From the NCBI GenBank assembly GCA_964016885.1, contig OZ024740.1:21700001-21764000 (forward strand): DNA of 64,000 nucleotides. Reading direction: 5' to 3'. A model generated the notes under the pieces. The model saw only the letters and a list, made by a program, of their open reading frames with translations. It had not been told where the DNA came from and did not search any database. The DNA is from Eledone cirrhosa (lineage: Eukaryota). Every line of letters begins with the position of its first letter. The stretch's first letter is position 1. Positions 37,249 through 50,619 of this stretch are shown here, piece by piece. The position numbers were made by a program, and so were the translations under genes.

Positions 37249-38149
37249 GACTTTGACCCTTTTAAATCTATTTTACACTCTGTACACTACAGCTGTAACA
37301 TTGGAATACAACACAAATGAAACGGACCTCGTAACAGTATTGAGTACTTGGAATGGCGCGGCACCAGTAACTGTTGTTACACACGTTACTAACATATATG
37401 TTATTCCCACGCTGATGACACACACCTTTAACATATAGCTGCTCAGTGAAAGATGTCAATCTAGTCACATGTAAAAGTGTGTTAATCCGGAGGTAACTAT
37501 TTGAATGAGATGGGTGTGGTTGTTTGAAAAGTCCTGTGTCATAGTTAACAGCTCTATTAAATGACAAAGAAAATAATCAATACACCTGCAACCATTATGA
37601 CAGGTATGACAAGGTTGACGAACTTACTAAGATGCAATAACAGTCAAGTTTAACACCGACCAACACAACTACATGGCTCTTGAGTGCTTTTAGTGGAGTT
37701 CCTTCTGTTGTAAGCATTTGGATGAGGTCCCTAGACTGGGTATGAATTCCTTCCTTCTTCCCAACAACCACAGAACCCTTAAGAACTGCTAGCTGCTCCT
37801 CTAGAAACCCTTATAAACTCCAACCACTTCTTCCTCCTCTAGAACCCTTAACAACCACCAGCTCCCGCTCCAGAATCCTTAACAACTGCCTCCTCAAAGT
37901 CAAGCCCCTTATTTTTTTAGGTTTATATATTTGACATCCTATATTTGGTAAACAGTAGCATCCTTCATAGCAGTAGTATAAACAAAGTGTTTCAAAATAG
38001 TCATATACAATATATTTATGTATAATAATGAATGAAATTATTGTGTACACTACTCAGGTGCACTACAACTCATCAAAGGTGCATGTATAGTACATGGAAT
38101 AATATACAAATGGCAGGGAAGTGAATAGTGTATGAGTCATGATATACAT

Positions 38150-38480
38150 GTGTGCGTGTGTATGGAGGGTGAATATTAGGTGTAGTGTTGTCGAATCTCA
38201 GGAAGCATGGAGGTTTTAAAGGATGCAGTGTCTCAACAGCTAACAACTGATGCAGGTAGTTTGTTCCATGGAGGTTTTAAAGGATGCAGTGTCTCGACAG
38301 CTAACAACTGATGCAGGGAGTTTGTTCCATACTTCAGCAACTCTGAGCGTTTCCAAAAGTCATGGGAGCTGTGCTGTTTTCTGACTTTGTTGGCATGTCC
38401 ACGTGTGTTAGACACATGGAAATCAAAAAGATACTCAGGGTTGTTGTTGGCAAGATGGTTAATAAACACACATATCTCAC
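38150..38480 (-). mobile_element. CR1/L2-type LINE 3' fragment
   Basis: NTRGHANKVRK...WNKLPASVVS translation, typical of CR1-group ORF2 C-termini; internal ~60-bp duplication. Confidence 0.65.
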
Positions 38481-39005
38481 AATAGGTATTATCTCACAAT
38501 GGGTATATAAGTCATGCCACAGCAACCCCTATAACTGTGAGAGAATGCTACATTCTAATAATTCAGGATCTTTATCCATCTTCAGTGATATTTACTCACT
38601 CAGTAGTGAGGTAAAATAAGCTGATAGACTAAATATAGATACTGGATGTCGCATATTTTGTACTCAGTCATTATTATAAATGTGTCCTGTCATTATGGGG
38701 CACCGTGTGTGTAATCGTTTAACGTCCATTTTCCACGCTAGTATGGGTTAAACATATATATAATCATCATTTTACGTCAATGTATTCATGCTAGCATGGG
38801 TTAGACAGGTTCTCCTGTTGTGGGCAATGCCAAGTCAGATGACCATCTCTTGCTCATACAGGACTAATTTTGGCTCAGTTTCTACAGTTGGATGCCCTTC
38901 CTAACACCAACCTCATTTACAGTGAGTACTAGGTACTATTTTACCATGGCGTCTACACAACCTCTTTATAGTGGGAGGGACGTGGGGGTATATTGTCTAT
39001 ATGCT

Positions 39006-40433
39006 TCAGCTTAAACTTGTACCCATGGGAACTCGGGTCTTCTGTATTACTGCATTACGCCAGAGGTTACGGTTCTGTGTCATTGCTTTTGAGAGGTGCA
39101 ATTGGGTAAGGTCAGTTTTTATCACCTCATTCCAGCTCTTCTTGGGTCTCCCCACTCCAAGGCTTCCATTGACTTTTAGCGCTCTGCACCTTTTTATGCA
39201 ACTGTCATTCTTCATTGCATCACATGTCCATACCAATGCAATCTCCTCTCCTGCTCACAACATTTGATTCCTCTTATGCTTAGTTCACCTCTTAATTTGT
39301 TTATGCTCTGCCGTTCACATATCATCATCATTATCACCGTTTTACGTCCGTTCTTCCATGCTAGCATGGGTTAGACGGGTTGTCCTGTTGTAGAGCAGTG
39401 TCCGGTTGGCTGACCTTGTCTTGCTCATACGGGAACTGATTCTGGCTTGATTTCTACAACTGGATGCCTTTCCTAACACTAACCTCATTAACAGTGAGTG
39501 CTGGGTGCTTGTTTCCGTGGCGCCTACACGTCCACTTTTACAGTGTGGGCTGGGTGCTTTTTTGCCGTGGCACCTCCATGACCACTTTGCAGTGGAATGA
39601 TAGGGACCCCAGTCCTATCATCTCATTTCTACAGCTGAGTAAACTGGAGCAATGTGAAATAAAGTGTCTTGCTCAAGGAAACAACACATCACCCGGTCTG
39701 AGAATTGAACTCACAACCTTTCAATTGCAAGCCCAATACTCTAACCACTAAGTCATGCGCCTTCACGTATATTACTATTAAACATCCACCGGAGCATGCA
39801 AGCTTCGTTTCTTTCTAATCTACACAAGTTTTATGCACACAACACCCAGGTCTCACTACCATCCAACATTGCTGTTCGTATGCATGCATCATACAGTCTG
39901 CCTTTCATTTTGAGGGAAAAGCCTTTTGCAGCTAGCAGTGGCAGTAGCTCCCTGAACTTCTTCCATCCCGTTCTTACCCTGGTTACTGTACTTTCAGACC
40001 CCCCCCCCCCCCCCATTGCTGCTAATTCAGTCACCTAGATAGCAAAAGCTGTCTACTGTTTCTACAGAACCCTTCCAGAATTTGGTAGTGCTTGTTTCCT
40101 GTGGCTGTTTGCTGCTTACTGTCCCTGTGCAGCTACTACATGTAAAGCCTACATTCTTAACTAAACTTCCTGAGATGCCACTACATCTCTTGTGTACCCA
40201 TAGTGTGCATTTGGAGCAGACATAGAATTTCTACCTACACCTTTCTTGCATACTGAGCAAGGCCATTCCCTTGAGGGGATCTGGGTTCTGTTTTTCCATC
40301 TTACAAGGACCTTAGTCTTTGTCAAGTTGACTCTGAGACCCCTTTTTCTACTCTCTGCTTTCATGTTTGGAATTTCTTCTCTAGCTCTCTCTCTCTGTAT
40401 ATTGACCAGGCCAATAGCATAACTTATTCCCAT
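39006..40433 (-). mobile_element. Second RTE-type LINE fragment interrupted by a SINE
   Basis: Homologous to about 35150-36050 (KGRLYDACIRT, GRPKKSW); SINE at 39323-39767 flanked by TTCACATAT / TTCACGTAT. Confidence 0.85.
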
Positions 40434-42985
40434 GCCTCCCCACCTCCACTAGCAATCCCAAGTAGCTATCTTCACCATCACTACACTCCCAGCCCAATGT
40501 CCCCCTCCCATTCACTCCTTAGCTGCTGTCCTCTCAAAGACCTCTAGAGACCCTCACTATCGAATTCAAAAGGACAAAAAGCAAAATTGACCTGAGAGGC
40601 TTTTGAACTCAGAGCACAGAGCCAAAATGAATAACACAAAATGTTCTAATCATCATCATCATCGCTTAACGTTTATTTTCCACACTAGCATGGGTTAGAT
40701 GGGTTGTCCCGTTTGAAGCAAGTCTGGTCAGGTGATCGTATCTTGCTCATACAGAACTGCTTCTGGTTTGGTTTCTATGACTGGATGTCCATCCTAACAT
40801 TCTAATGACTGCCAATTCACTGTCTCTTATGACAAAAACATTAAATAATCAATTTCTGTTAGTTTTCTTCCCACTTGAGAAATAAGGCTTCGATATTTTG
40901 ATGCCATTCAGACCTGTCTTTAACAATTTTTTCTGCCTTGTCTCATGTAAGATGTATTTCATTCACTGTATTTTCAAGACATTGTCTGATTTAATGCTAC
41001 CTTTAGTATCCTGTCTTTGACCATTTTGAGTGTATGGCAGCTAGGCTATCTGAGCTACCAACATTTTATATCAAAGATCACACTATTGCAACAAGTTTTG
41101 CAATATAGTTCTTCATTTGACACTGGTAGATTTGATTATGGTAGATTTTCTTTGGATACCCATTGTGGAAAACATTGACTTTGTGTATCTTGTTACCACT
41201 TGTCAGCATTCTCAACCATACATTACAACAGGTTTCACTTATAGAAGCTTAACTGAAGACTTCTGATTTTCTTTACAACTCATTCTTATACAGTACACAC
41301 CTTTTATACACACATTTAGAGATGCTGCATTAACAATATCAATGTATTTATAACCAATATCTTTGGTTAGCTACATTTGTTTCTAAATTTAATTTCCAAC
41401 ATTCATGGATGGACACTTTTACTCAAAGAGAAGTCCAACTGACCAATCATTGGCTGACCTTAAACAATGTATCCTTTCATTGGCTCACTGATGAATAATG
41501 TATCCTTTCACTAAAACTGATCACAGACCCTAGTAAACAGACTTACCTCTCAAGAAATGGCCCAATCTATTTAGTACAGAGTACTAACATTGTATAAATG
41601 GCATGTATTTTACTCAGGCCATGTTGAACATAAATTACAATCAATGAGTTAGTGTAATGGTTAAAATAAGGTTTAAATCTCTCCCATAACTTGATCAACT
41701 AAAGACATACTCTTTTACATTTAATCAAGCAATTTACATAGTCTCAAATAAAGACTTACTCTGTTATACTTGATCAAGAAACTTACAACAATTCAATTAT
41801 AGACTTCCTCTGTTACATTTGATCAAAGTAGTTACAGTAGCTCAAGAAATAAAAACTTCAATGAAATGACAGTAGCTCAACTAAAATCTTCCTGTGTTAC
41901 ACTTGATCAAGGCTCTTCCTGTTTAATATTTGGTCAAGAGGCTGATAGTGACTAAACAATACACTTCCTATTTACACATGATCAAGGGATTTACCATCTA
42001 ACTACAATGAAAGCATTTGATCTAAAGAAACCTTAGCTGCCACTTAATACATCCCCAAATCTCAACCTGGTACTGCTGGGAAAACTAAAATGTGACAGAT
42101 GGTTACTTAACTGTAACTAAACTGGAACAGTTGCCTAGCAACTGTAGCTGGACTGGGATAGTTAGTCAGTAGATTGACAAGAAAATAACATATATATCCT
42201 GCAATGTTTAAATAACTTAGTCAGATGTAGAAGGGCATCACCTATGACCTTTTATAGGGCCTCTAAGACTAGTGGGGAAAAGTTATCCTCAGATCAGAGA
42301 CATGACCTGAATGCTTGCAACAGAATGGACTCTTAGTTAATGGCACCCAAGAGTCAGCTGATGTGTTAAACCAGGTGAAAGATTAAATCTACCATTCAAG
42401 AACAGAAATGGTGTTCTGTCCAATGGACTTCAAAACAATTTCCATCTACAAAATTTTCTCACAAAATATATTAGTCACCATGAGGCTATTGTAGGAGACA
42501 CTTTTCCAAGATGTCACACAGTTGCAAAGCAAACTTATTAACCAGACAACCATGCCTGTACCTAGCACAGTATATGTAAGGGCTGTAGCTTGACTTGAAG
42601 ACCTACCTGATAACTAGCAGTCTGAACTTGATCCCTCAGCACTGCAACCTAGGCTGAACACAACAGGTTGGATAGAAGAGCTACCATCTACCTGTTGTAA
42701 AGCATTGAAAGAGACATGAGTCAGTTGTTAGCACTTCATTTAAATAAAATACCACATTAGAAGTGAAATGATATTTTCTTTAGAAGATTGAAATGACAAA
42801 AAAAAAAATAAATAAAAGACATGATAAAAAAATAAAACCATAGGCGAAAACAGCAAAAATTGGAAGTTTGGGTTTGAAGCTCAAAAAAACAGGACTGAAA
42901 AAAGGATAAGCTTTACTTTTCTCTCTTTTTTTTTTTTACTTACCATAACAATAAATGCTTCCAAAGATTGTCCAAGTCTTCTTAG

Positions 42986-45487
42986 TCAATGACCATTAGA
43001 TTTATCAGTGTCCATAGTAAACTTTGAACTCGCTGGCCATTGGTTAAATGCATCAAAAGGGTCGGTCTGAGTTTGAGTATATTCTGCAGGGTTATGGCTT
43101 GGAGAGAAAAATGGATCTGATGGTATGTTGCCAGATTGTACAATATTTCGACTAAGGGATGTAAAAGGGTCAGTTTGAATGTTAGTTTGAGTGTTGCAAG
43201 TGAATGGGTCTGTCTTTGTAGTATCTGATCTTTCTGTGTTTTTTGTTGAAGGAAAAAAGGGAGTCATTTGAGTATTATGTTGTGTCAGATTAACATTGCT
43301 TTGTATCACAAAAGGGTCCACTGATGACTTATCAGTTTGTAACTTGAGGTGGAGGGGGACAACAAAGGGATCGGATAAGTCAGTGTTAGGGTCACTACAT
43401 GAAGACCCAGAAACATCTGTGTTTGTTTGAGTGTGGTTTGACTGTGGTTTTGTACAATGACAGACACGAAAGGGGTCCACACCATCAAACACTGGTTGGC
43501 TGGGTTTATCGGGGATTTGATTTGATGCTGAGCTACAAACAGATTCCATAGACTGCATTGCCTGTGGAATCTGTTTTGATCGTTTGTCAACTATCTTGGT
43601 GTAGGGACCACTGAAAGGATCTGGTGATAAAGAACTCCTCACTGAAGGACTGGCATTAACTTTAGACATGAAAGGGTTGTTGTCAGGCCAACCACTATCA
43701 AGGGAACCAGCAGTACCAATGCATGTCTGTGACGAACTTGATGCAAATGCATCACCGTGGCCACTCGAAAAGCTTTGGTTACTAAACGGTGAGCTTGAAT
43801 TGTCATTTTCAGTGAATGCTGACCAAGGTGGGGGTGAAACATTGCTATTGCCAGTGGCAGCACTGAGAGGAGATGAGACAGATGACCCTCGGTCAGCAAA
43901 CTTTGTCATGTGAACTTTGGTGTCAGCAAGTTTTGTCATTGGAAGACTATTAGTGGACACATCTGAGTCATGTAAGGATGTAAAGGAACAGTCGGAGATG
44001 GCACCATGGGCTAAGACAGTTCCTTCAAGGGAAACAATTGAGGACACTGGAGAATTTGATCTGCCCATACTTTGTAAACTTGAACTTGAAGAAAGGGTGC
44101 GCTTTGGACGAACAGGAAGTGGAGGGGGTTTGGCAGTTCTTGTAATATCTGATGTCCTTGGGCGGGGAGGGGGAGGAGGTGCTGGTGCTGGTTCGGGTTC
44201 GAAATTGAGGGAAGCTCCTGACGGCAATGGAGGGGGTGGTACAGTAGGGGAAGGGAGGCTAAATTCTTCATCGGATATATTCCAGTGATCCTCTGGAAAT
44301 GGTGAAAGGCTACAGATAGAGCCTGGTCCAGAGTTCAAACCAGAAACAAGAAGGTGGGGAGGAAGCTGTGGAGGTGGGTGAGATGGAGCAGGGTGATTAA
44401 ATTCAACATCTGACAGTTCAAGTTTGGTCATTGCATAAGTTACCTCTGTCGGGTTATTTCCACTGAAGCTAAAAATACTGGGAGAATTAGAATGTGGCTG
44501 GTCATTAGAAACAATAGAGGATTGGGAATGAGAAGTTGGAAGAGAAGGAGCAGAAGAAAATGAGGGCTGATCAAAATTGGTGGGTTCAGGAAAGCTTTCT
44601 GGATCAGCAAATGAGTTTTCAGCTGGAATGGCTGAGGCTACTGAAGGTTCACTTGCCTGGTCTCTATCTAAGAGGTTATTTTCTTGTTCTGATTGCTGAC
44701 CTGATGTAGGAAGATCATTTTTTGAAGAACTCTCAATGTTTTGTTCTTTATATTTAATACTTTCTTCAAGTAATTCACTTAGTTTCTTGCTTGGTGGTGG
44801 CTCCAGCTTTGGAAATAGCTCTGCTGGTTTCTTGTGGTGCTGATTACTGCCAAAATTGCAGAGATCTTGGAAAAGCTTGGCAGTCGGGGCGGCTGGATTA
44901 GTACCAATGTCTGTTGATTTACCATTTGCAAATGTGGCACCACTTTCCAGTTTTTCATTGCTCTGCTGTGAGAAGACGCTAGTGAAAGAACTGTCCAATG
45001 ATATAGCATCAAATTTGCTTGGAGTGCTTCTCTGACTGCTATCAGGTGATGAGAGGGGCAGAAAAGCTGGCTGTGGCCCATCTGGGAATGAAGCAAATGA
45101 TGCTTGCTGTGCGACAGGAAATCCAGTAACCGGGGTTGGTGGTTTAACAGGGAATGCAGAGAAAGTTGGTTGTGGTGCAGCTGAAAAAGCATTGCCCACA
45201 GGAAGTGCAGGTTCTGTTGGAAATGCAGCAAATGATTGTTGTTGAGATGCAAAATTTGGAGCAACATTTTGCACTGCAGCTGGTGGAAAAGGGCTGCTGC
45301 CACCTGATGGTGGTTGCATTGGTGGAAATGCAGCAAAAGGTACAGTATTGTCTGCAGTTGGTGGTACAGCAGTAGAAGTAGTATCTGTAAAGGGTGTTTG
45401 GCTGGGTGCTGGTGCAGCAGAAACAAACAGTTTATCCCCAAATGGATCTGTAACAATGGGTAAAGAACAACTCATGTTGGATGTTAC
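42986..45487 (-). CDS. Dab: Disabled (Dab) large exon: disordered Ser/Pro-rich C-terminus
   Basis: Acceptor TTTATCATTGCAG| at 45488, phase 0; 833 open codons with about nine DPF, one NPF, and PPPPPRPR / PPPLPVRP motifs; donor ATG|GTAAGT at 42944/42943 just after the stop. Confidence 0.85.
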   Translation of the reverse strand, partial: VTSNMSCSLPIVTDPFGDKLFVSAAPAPSQTPFTDTTSTAVPPTADNTVPFAAFPPMQPPSGGSSPFPPAAVQNVAPNFASQQQSFAAFPTEPALPVGNAFSAAPQPTFSAFPVKPPTPVTGFPVAQQASFASFPDGPQPAFLPLSSPDSSQRSTPSKFDAISLDSSFTSVFSQQSNEKLESGATFANGKSTDIGTNPAAPTAKLFQDLCNFGSNQHHKKPAELFPKLEPPPSKKLSELLEESIKYKEQNIESSSKNDLPTSGQQSEQENNLLDRDQASEPSVASAIPAENSFADPESFPEPTNFDQPSFSSAPSLPTSHSQSSIVSNDQPHSNSPSIFSFSGNNPTEVTYAMTKLELSDVEFNHPAPSHPPPQLPPHLLVSGLNSGPGSICSLSPFPEDHWNISDEEFSLPSPTVPPPPLPSGASLNFEPEPAPAPPPPPRPRTSDITRTAKPPPLPVRPKRTLSSSSSLQSMGRSNSPVSSIVSLEGTVLAHGAISDCSFTSLHDSDVSTNSLPMTKLADTKVHMTKFADRGSSVSSPLSAATGNSNVSPPPWSAFTENDNSSSPFSNQSFSSGHGDAFASSSSQTCIGTAGSLDSGWPDNNPFMSKVNASPSVRSSLSPDPFSGPYTKIVDKRSKQIPQAMQSMESVCSSASNQIPDKPSQPVFDGVDPFRVCHCTKPQSNHTQTNTDVSGSSCSDPNTDLSDPFVVPLHLKLQTDKSSVDPFVIQSNVNLTQHNTQMTPFFPSTKNTERSDTTKTDPFTCNTQTNIQTDPFTSLSRNIVQSGNIPSDPFFSPSHNPAEYTQTQTDPFDAFNQWPASSKFTMDTDKSNGH

Positions 45488-47019
45488 CTGCAATGATAAA
45501 ACAAAATATAATATTAATAACAGTAGGATGATGAGGGTTAGTGAAGGTAGTAGTGAAGGTGGTGGTGGTGGGAGAATACCTGTAATAGTACAAAATATAA
45601 TGGTTTCTGATTTAGGCACAAGGCCAGCAATTTGAAGGGGAGAGGAAAGTCGATTAAATTGATCCCAGTGCATTACTGGTACTTTATTTTATCGACCCCG
45701 TAAGGATGAAAGGCAAAGTTAACCTCGGCGGGATTTGAACTCAGAATGGCAAGGGCTGTAACTATGCTGGAAAGCATGGCGTCCGACCCTCTACCAATAC
45801 TGCCTTTACATAAAATTATAATTGTTTCTACTTTAGGCACAAGGCCAAATTACATAAAATTATAATGAAAGGTTTTTAGATAGATACAAACACTTTAAGA
45901 TACACAGCTTTCATCATCATCATCATCATCATCATCACAAGGCACTTTATTTGATGTTGATCTTTTTGCCAGGAGTTGTGACTGGGAGATAGTATCAGTA
46001 ATGGAAAGATCAATGGAAACATTGTTTTCTTGGTTCAATTTGATGAGTTCCACCCTGCTCAGAAAGTGATTAAAGTCTGGGATCTCGTTGATCAATTTGA
46101 TCGATGAAGGAAGAAGAGTCTAAAGTTTTGAACAGAACCTTTCACTGGAAAGGTTACATTTTCTGACAGTACTAAATAAAAGAAAATATCAGTCCTGCTT
46201 TTACTACATCAAGAGTTTTAACTCTTTAACATTCACATTAATTTTCAAACGTCATGCTTATCTATTCACATTATTTTGGTGTATTGGCAGTATCGGTAGA
46301 GGGTTGGATGCCATGCTTTGCAGCACAGTTACGTCCCTTTACGGACTGAGTTCAAATGCCGCCGAGGTTAACTTTGCCTTTCATCCTTACGGGGTCGATA
46401 AAATAAAGTACCAGTAATACACTGGGATAATTGCTGGCCTTGTGCAAAAAGTAGAAACAATTATTTTGAGTTAATCATACTCAAGAGGGTTATCAATTTT
46501 ATTTGTTTGTAATTTTCTTAATTTTCTATGTGCAGACATGAAATTTTGTCAGATGTTAAAATATCAATAATTTACAAGTGTATATTTTTACTGATTTTGT
46601 TTGTTAAATTTGACTTTTATGGGCAGGAGAAATTAATTAACAGGTGTAAAAGTAATGACTTTATGGATAAACACAAAAATTTAAACATTATGTGCCTTAC
46701 CTGTTAGATTTGTTACAAAAAATATCCAACAATGACTTAGATGTTGACATTCAACAAACTTAGCACTTTTCCGAACAGGTGAATTAATATAAAATGCAGG
46801 TATAATCAACACATGATTTTAGTCTGTCTCTACATTCCATGCAAATATTTTCATTGAAAAAAATGTATAAAACCCTTTCACAAAATTCCATGCTAAAGCA
46901 AGGGTTTCTTCCTCTGCAACCCTGCCTCAACCCTTACAGTCTTCTTTCTTCTTCCTTTAGCATCTTTAATCAAGGTTGTTGTTTTTGTCTCCTCCTCCTA
47001 CTTCTATCCTCCTCCTTCT

Positions 47020-47370
47020 CTACCACCCCTTTCTCGCCTCCCTCTCTAGCACTCTTCTCCCTCTCTAGCACTCTTCCCTCTCCTCCCTCTCTAGCACTCT
47101 TCCCTCTCCTCCCTCTCTAGAACTCTTCCCTCTTCAGCATTCCTCCCTCTTTACCACTCCTTCCTTGCCTCTCTCTCTAGCACTCTTCCCTCTCCTCCCT
47201 CTTTAGCACTCTTCCCTCTCCTCCCTCGCCTCCCTCTCTAGCATTCCTCCCTCTTTACCACTCCTTCTTCGCCTCCCTCTCTAGCACTCTTCCCTCTCCT
47301 CCCTCTCTACCACTTGTTCCTCGCCTCCCTCTCTAGCACTCCCCCCTCCCTCTCCAGCACTCCTCCCTCT
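47020..47370. repeat. Pyrimidine-rich minisatellite
   Basis: CCTCCCTCTCTAGCACTCTTCCCTCT variants in tandem. Confidence 0.8.
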
Positions 47371-47554
47371 ATGTCATATAACTGAGGTAGGTAAAAGACA
47401 TAACAGCGTCCCACGATATCTCTGTCATCCACCTCATGTTATATAATAACAGCATTACCAGCCGGTGTATGAAGAAAGTAGACAGGGAAATCTTAGAGAA
47501 AGAACAAAAATATAAAAAAATTAAGGTGTAAGTAAAGTGCAGTTGAGGACTTAC

Positions 47555-47932
47555 CTCAGGTGAGGTGGTAACTGGATCAGTTACTTTTGGAATTGCTGGA
47601 TTAGCAATTATAGGAAGTGAAGCAGGAAATGGTTGTGCAGGAACATTGGAGGACACTGCAGCAGAAAAGGCACTAGACTTTGGAAATAGGTTGGCCGGGA
47701 GACTACACTGACCAGGTTCCATCATAGATGCCGACGTTGCCTGTGTCATAGTGCCAATGGGGACACGGGGTGAAGCCGGGGGAGGGGGGAGAAGCATGAC
47801 AGGAGTGGACGTGGTCCCAGTATTCTGTTTTGAGTTTTTCACATTCCACGGATCAGTGGTATCTCCCGTTGTCACCTGCCCGAAGGGAAAGTCATCGAAG
47901 CTCTCCAAAACTGTACCCATGGAATCCATTCC
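47555..47932 (-). CDS. Dab: Disabled (Dab) exon, 126 codons
   Basis: AATTCACAG|GGA ATG GAT ... CCT GAG|GTAAGT; GMDSMG...TDPW...PPPPASPR...TSPE; phase 0/0. Confidence 0.85.
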
Positions 47933-48474
47933 CTGTGAATTGAATTGACAATAAAAGGGTTTAGCAGAAGATTTACACAGATATTCATGTCAAATACATC
48001 TTGGAAACACTTCGAGAAAAAGAGAGTGAGATAGTGTGTGTGTATGTAAAATGGGCCTTCAACAGTTGTAGCCATGCTGTATCCATACAGCTTCAGATAG
48101 AGCAAGATGAAATATATATTTATTATACTGGAGGCACATGGCTTAGTGGTTAGAGCTTTGGCCTTGAAATCGAAAGGTTGTGAGTTCAATTCTCAGACCG
48201 GGTGATGTGTTGTTTCCTTGAGCAAGACACTTTATTTCACATTGTTCCAGTTTACTCAGCTGTAGAAATGAGATGATAGGGACTGGTGTCCCTATCATTC
48301 CACTGTAAAGTGGTCGTGGAGGTGCCACGGCAAAAAAAAGCACCCAGCACTCACTGTAAATGAGGTTGGTGTTAGGAAGGGCATCCAGCTGTAGAAATCA
48401 AGCCAGAATCAGTTCCCGTCCCATCCTTGCAAGCAGGGAGAAGCGGACGTAAAATGAAATGATGAATGATGATA

Positions 48475-48840
48475 TATCTATTATACATAATATACATTTA
48501 TACTAAATATATATTTATTATACATAATATATAACTATTATACATATATATTTATTATACATAAAATATATTTATTATACATAAAATATATCTATTATGC
48601 TAAATATATATTTATTATACTAAATATATATCTATTATACATAATATACATTTATACTAAATATATATTTATTATACATAATATATATCTATTATACATA
48701 TATATTTATTATACATAAAATATATTTATTATACATAAAATATATCTATTATACATAAACTATACTGAATATGGTTATACTAGATATATAATTACACTAA
48801 ATATACAAGTATTATACATAATATATATATTTATTATACA
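48475..48840. repeat. AT-rich minisatellite
   Basis: ATATATTTATTATACATAA-type units. Confidence 0.8.
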
Positions 48841-50535
48841 GAAACATTTGTATATAGGTTCATATAGACCTATATTCTGAATCATGCTGTTAGTGCTATT
48901 GTTAACTAATATATATATATATTACATTGTAAAGTGGTAGAGGTGGTGCCACAACAGAAACACATCCGGCAAGGTGATTGGTATCAGGAAGGGCATCCAG
49001 CCATAGAAACTATGTCTTACACAGAATGAGCACCCAGTACCCCCTGCAAAGTGATTGGTCTCAGGAAGAGCAACTAGCCATAAAAAATATGTCCAACACA
49101 GAATGTGTGATCAACCTGAACTTGTCTGGTCCAGAACCATGACAACCCTTCCAACCCATGCCGGATGTAAAACAATGATAATGTTATGTGTTGTTATGGC
49201 AAAAACAGCTACAGGATCAAGAAAAAGCTTTGCCCAATATAGAGAGTAAGCTGTGCAGGTATACATCAAAATGATGCCACTCAGTAGCTTATTTATTTAT
49301 TTAATCAATTTAAACGTCCGTATAGAGCTAGCAAGTCATGACAGACTAGGTGAAGTATTGCGTCCTCCTAACAGTTGGTGATCAAAAAGTGAGACAAGTA
49401 ATAAAAACAATAAAAAAGGGGCAAAAAAACAGAAAAATACAAATAAAAATAAAAACTTCAAATGTTGAAGGTAAATGGGAGACAGATTATGTAGAAGAAA
49501 ACTAAAGGGAAATAATAAAGGAGGGAAACTGTAAAACAGAAGTTTCTCTTGTTGAATCTTCATAGCTTCCATGTACTCAAAGATTTAGTTTATATTTGGT
49601 TGACTTTTAACCATATATTGAACTTTCAATTTTGGTAGTTTTTTTTAAGATTTGAAATGTTGCCTCTTTGTAGCTTTGAAATGTTGCCCTTCAGTTGCTT
49701 TGAAATGTTGCTACTCAGTAGGAATGACAGTAGGAGATCAAATGTGGGAGGAGTGAGAATACATAGTTGAAAGTGGGAGGAGTATGAATAGGGGATATTA
49801 AAAGTGGGGGGTCTGAGTACATGAGAGAGGAAGCAAAAGTGGGAGCAATAAGAATTATGTGAACAAAGTTGGTAGATGTAAAACATGAAAGAGTGAAAGT
49901 AAGAATAAACTTCACGAGTGAAAGTGGGAAGAAGAATATGAGGAAGTAAGAAAAAGAAGGGAGAGGGTAACAGTGAAAGAAAGAGGAATTAAGAAAAAAT
50001 GACCACAGAAAGTTTATAGTGAGCATGTGGTTAGAATGTCTCAGGAAAGAATTGCTGGACAGATTTTATGGGCATAACCAACCAGCAGGAGACCCAGGGG
50101 TAGACCTCGAGAAAGATGGCTGGATAACAACCATGAGCTTGGTTGGTCTCACTGATCTAGCCAGATCAGTTGGAGACGGTTACTTCTGACAGGACTTGCT
50201 GGAAGGAGTGTTTGAGGACTATGCCTCCCCACCCCTCATGACCCTCTCAGGAATAAGAGGGCAAAGAAGAAAAGGAAAAAAGTGAGAGGAGAAAATAGTG
50301 AGAGGAGAAAAGAAACAAGGGAGAAAGAAGCCAAAAGGAAGGAGCTTGAATTTCTTTAAAACATCTTGAGATTGCAGGAAGATTACGTCAATAGTGAAAG
50401 TGAAAGTAGAAGTGTGTGAAGAGAGAAACAACGGTGGGAAAGATAAAGAGGATGAAGCCAAATAATGCTCAGGGTTTCAAATATTCTTTGTTAAAGTGTC
50501 CACTGGACAACGATAACAGGTGAACACTGTCCTAC

Positions 50536-50619
50536 CTGTTGAATATACTCCAAATCAGTATCGAGGTCGATAATATTTGGAGCAGCGACTTGTGCTACAG
50601 GTTTGTTACTTCTAGGTAC
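50536..50619 (-). CDS. Dab: Disabled (Dab) exon, 28 codons
   Basis: ATCATCAG|GTA CCT ... CAA CAG|GTAGGA; VPRSNKPVAQVAAPNIIDLDTDLEYIQQ. The junction DLDTDLEYIQQ|GMDSM resembles the DLE.EL..LQ.GI.QM segment recalled from insect Dab. Confidence 0.8.

Noticed and set aside
37250-37570. Short ORFs homologous to about 2795-2860
   Set aside because: A dispersed, decayed repeat next to a hammerhead fold-back, probably a Penelope RT remnant; no intact gene structure.
43306-45635. Overlapping alternative-frame and antisense ORFs in the large Dab exon
   Set aside because: Expected shadows of a Ser/Pro-rich coding exon; no independent evidence.
45488-45673. N-terminal 62 aa of the 895-aa ORF as a signal or transmembrane segment
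   Set aside because: Lies upstream of the splice acceptor at 45488 and overlaps a SINE; intronic read-through.
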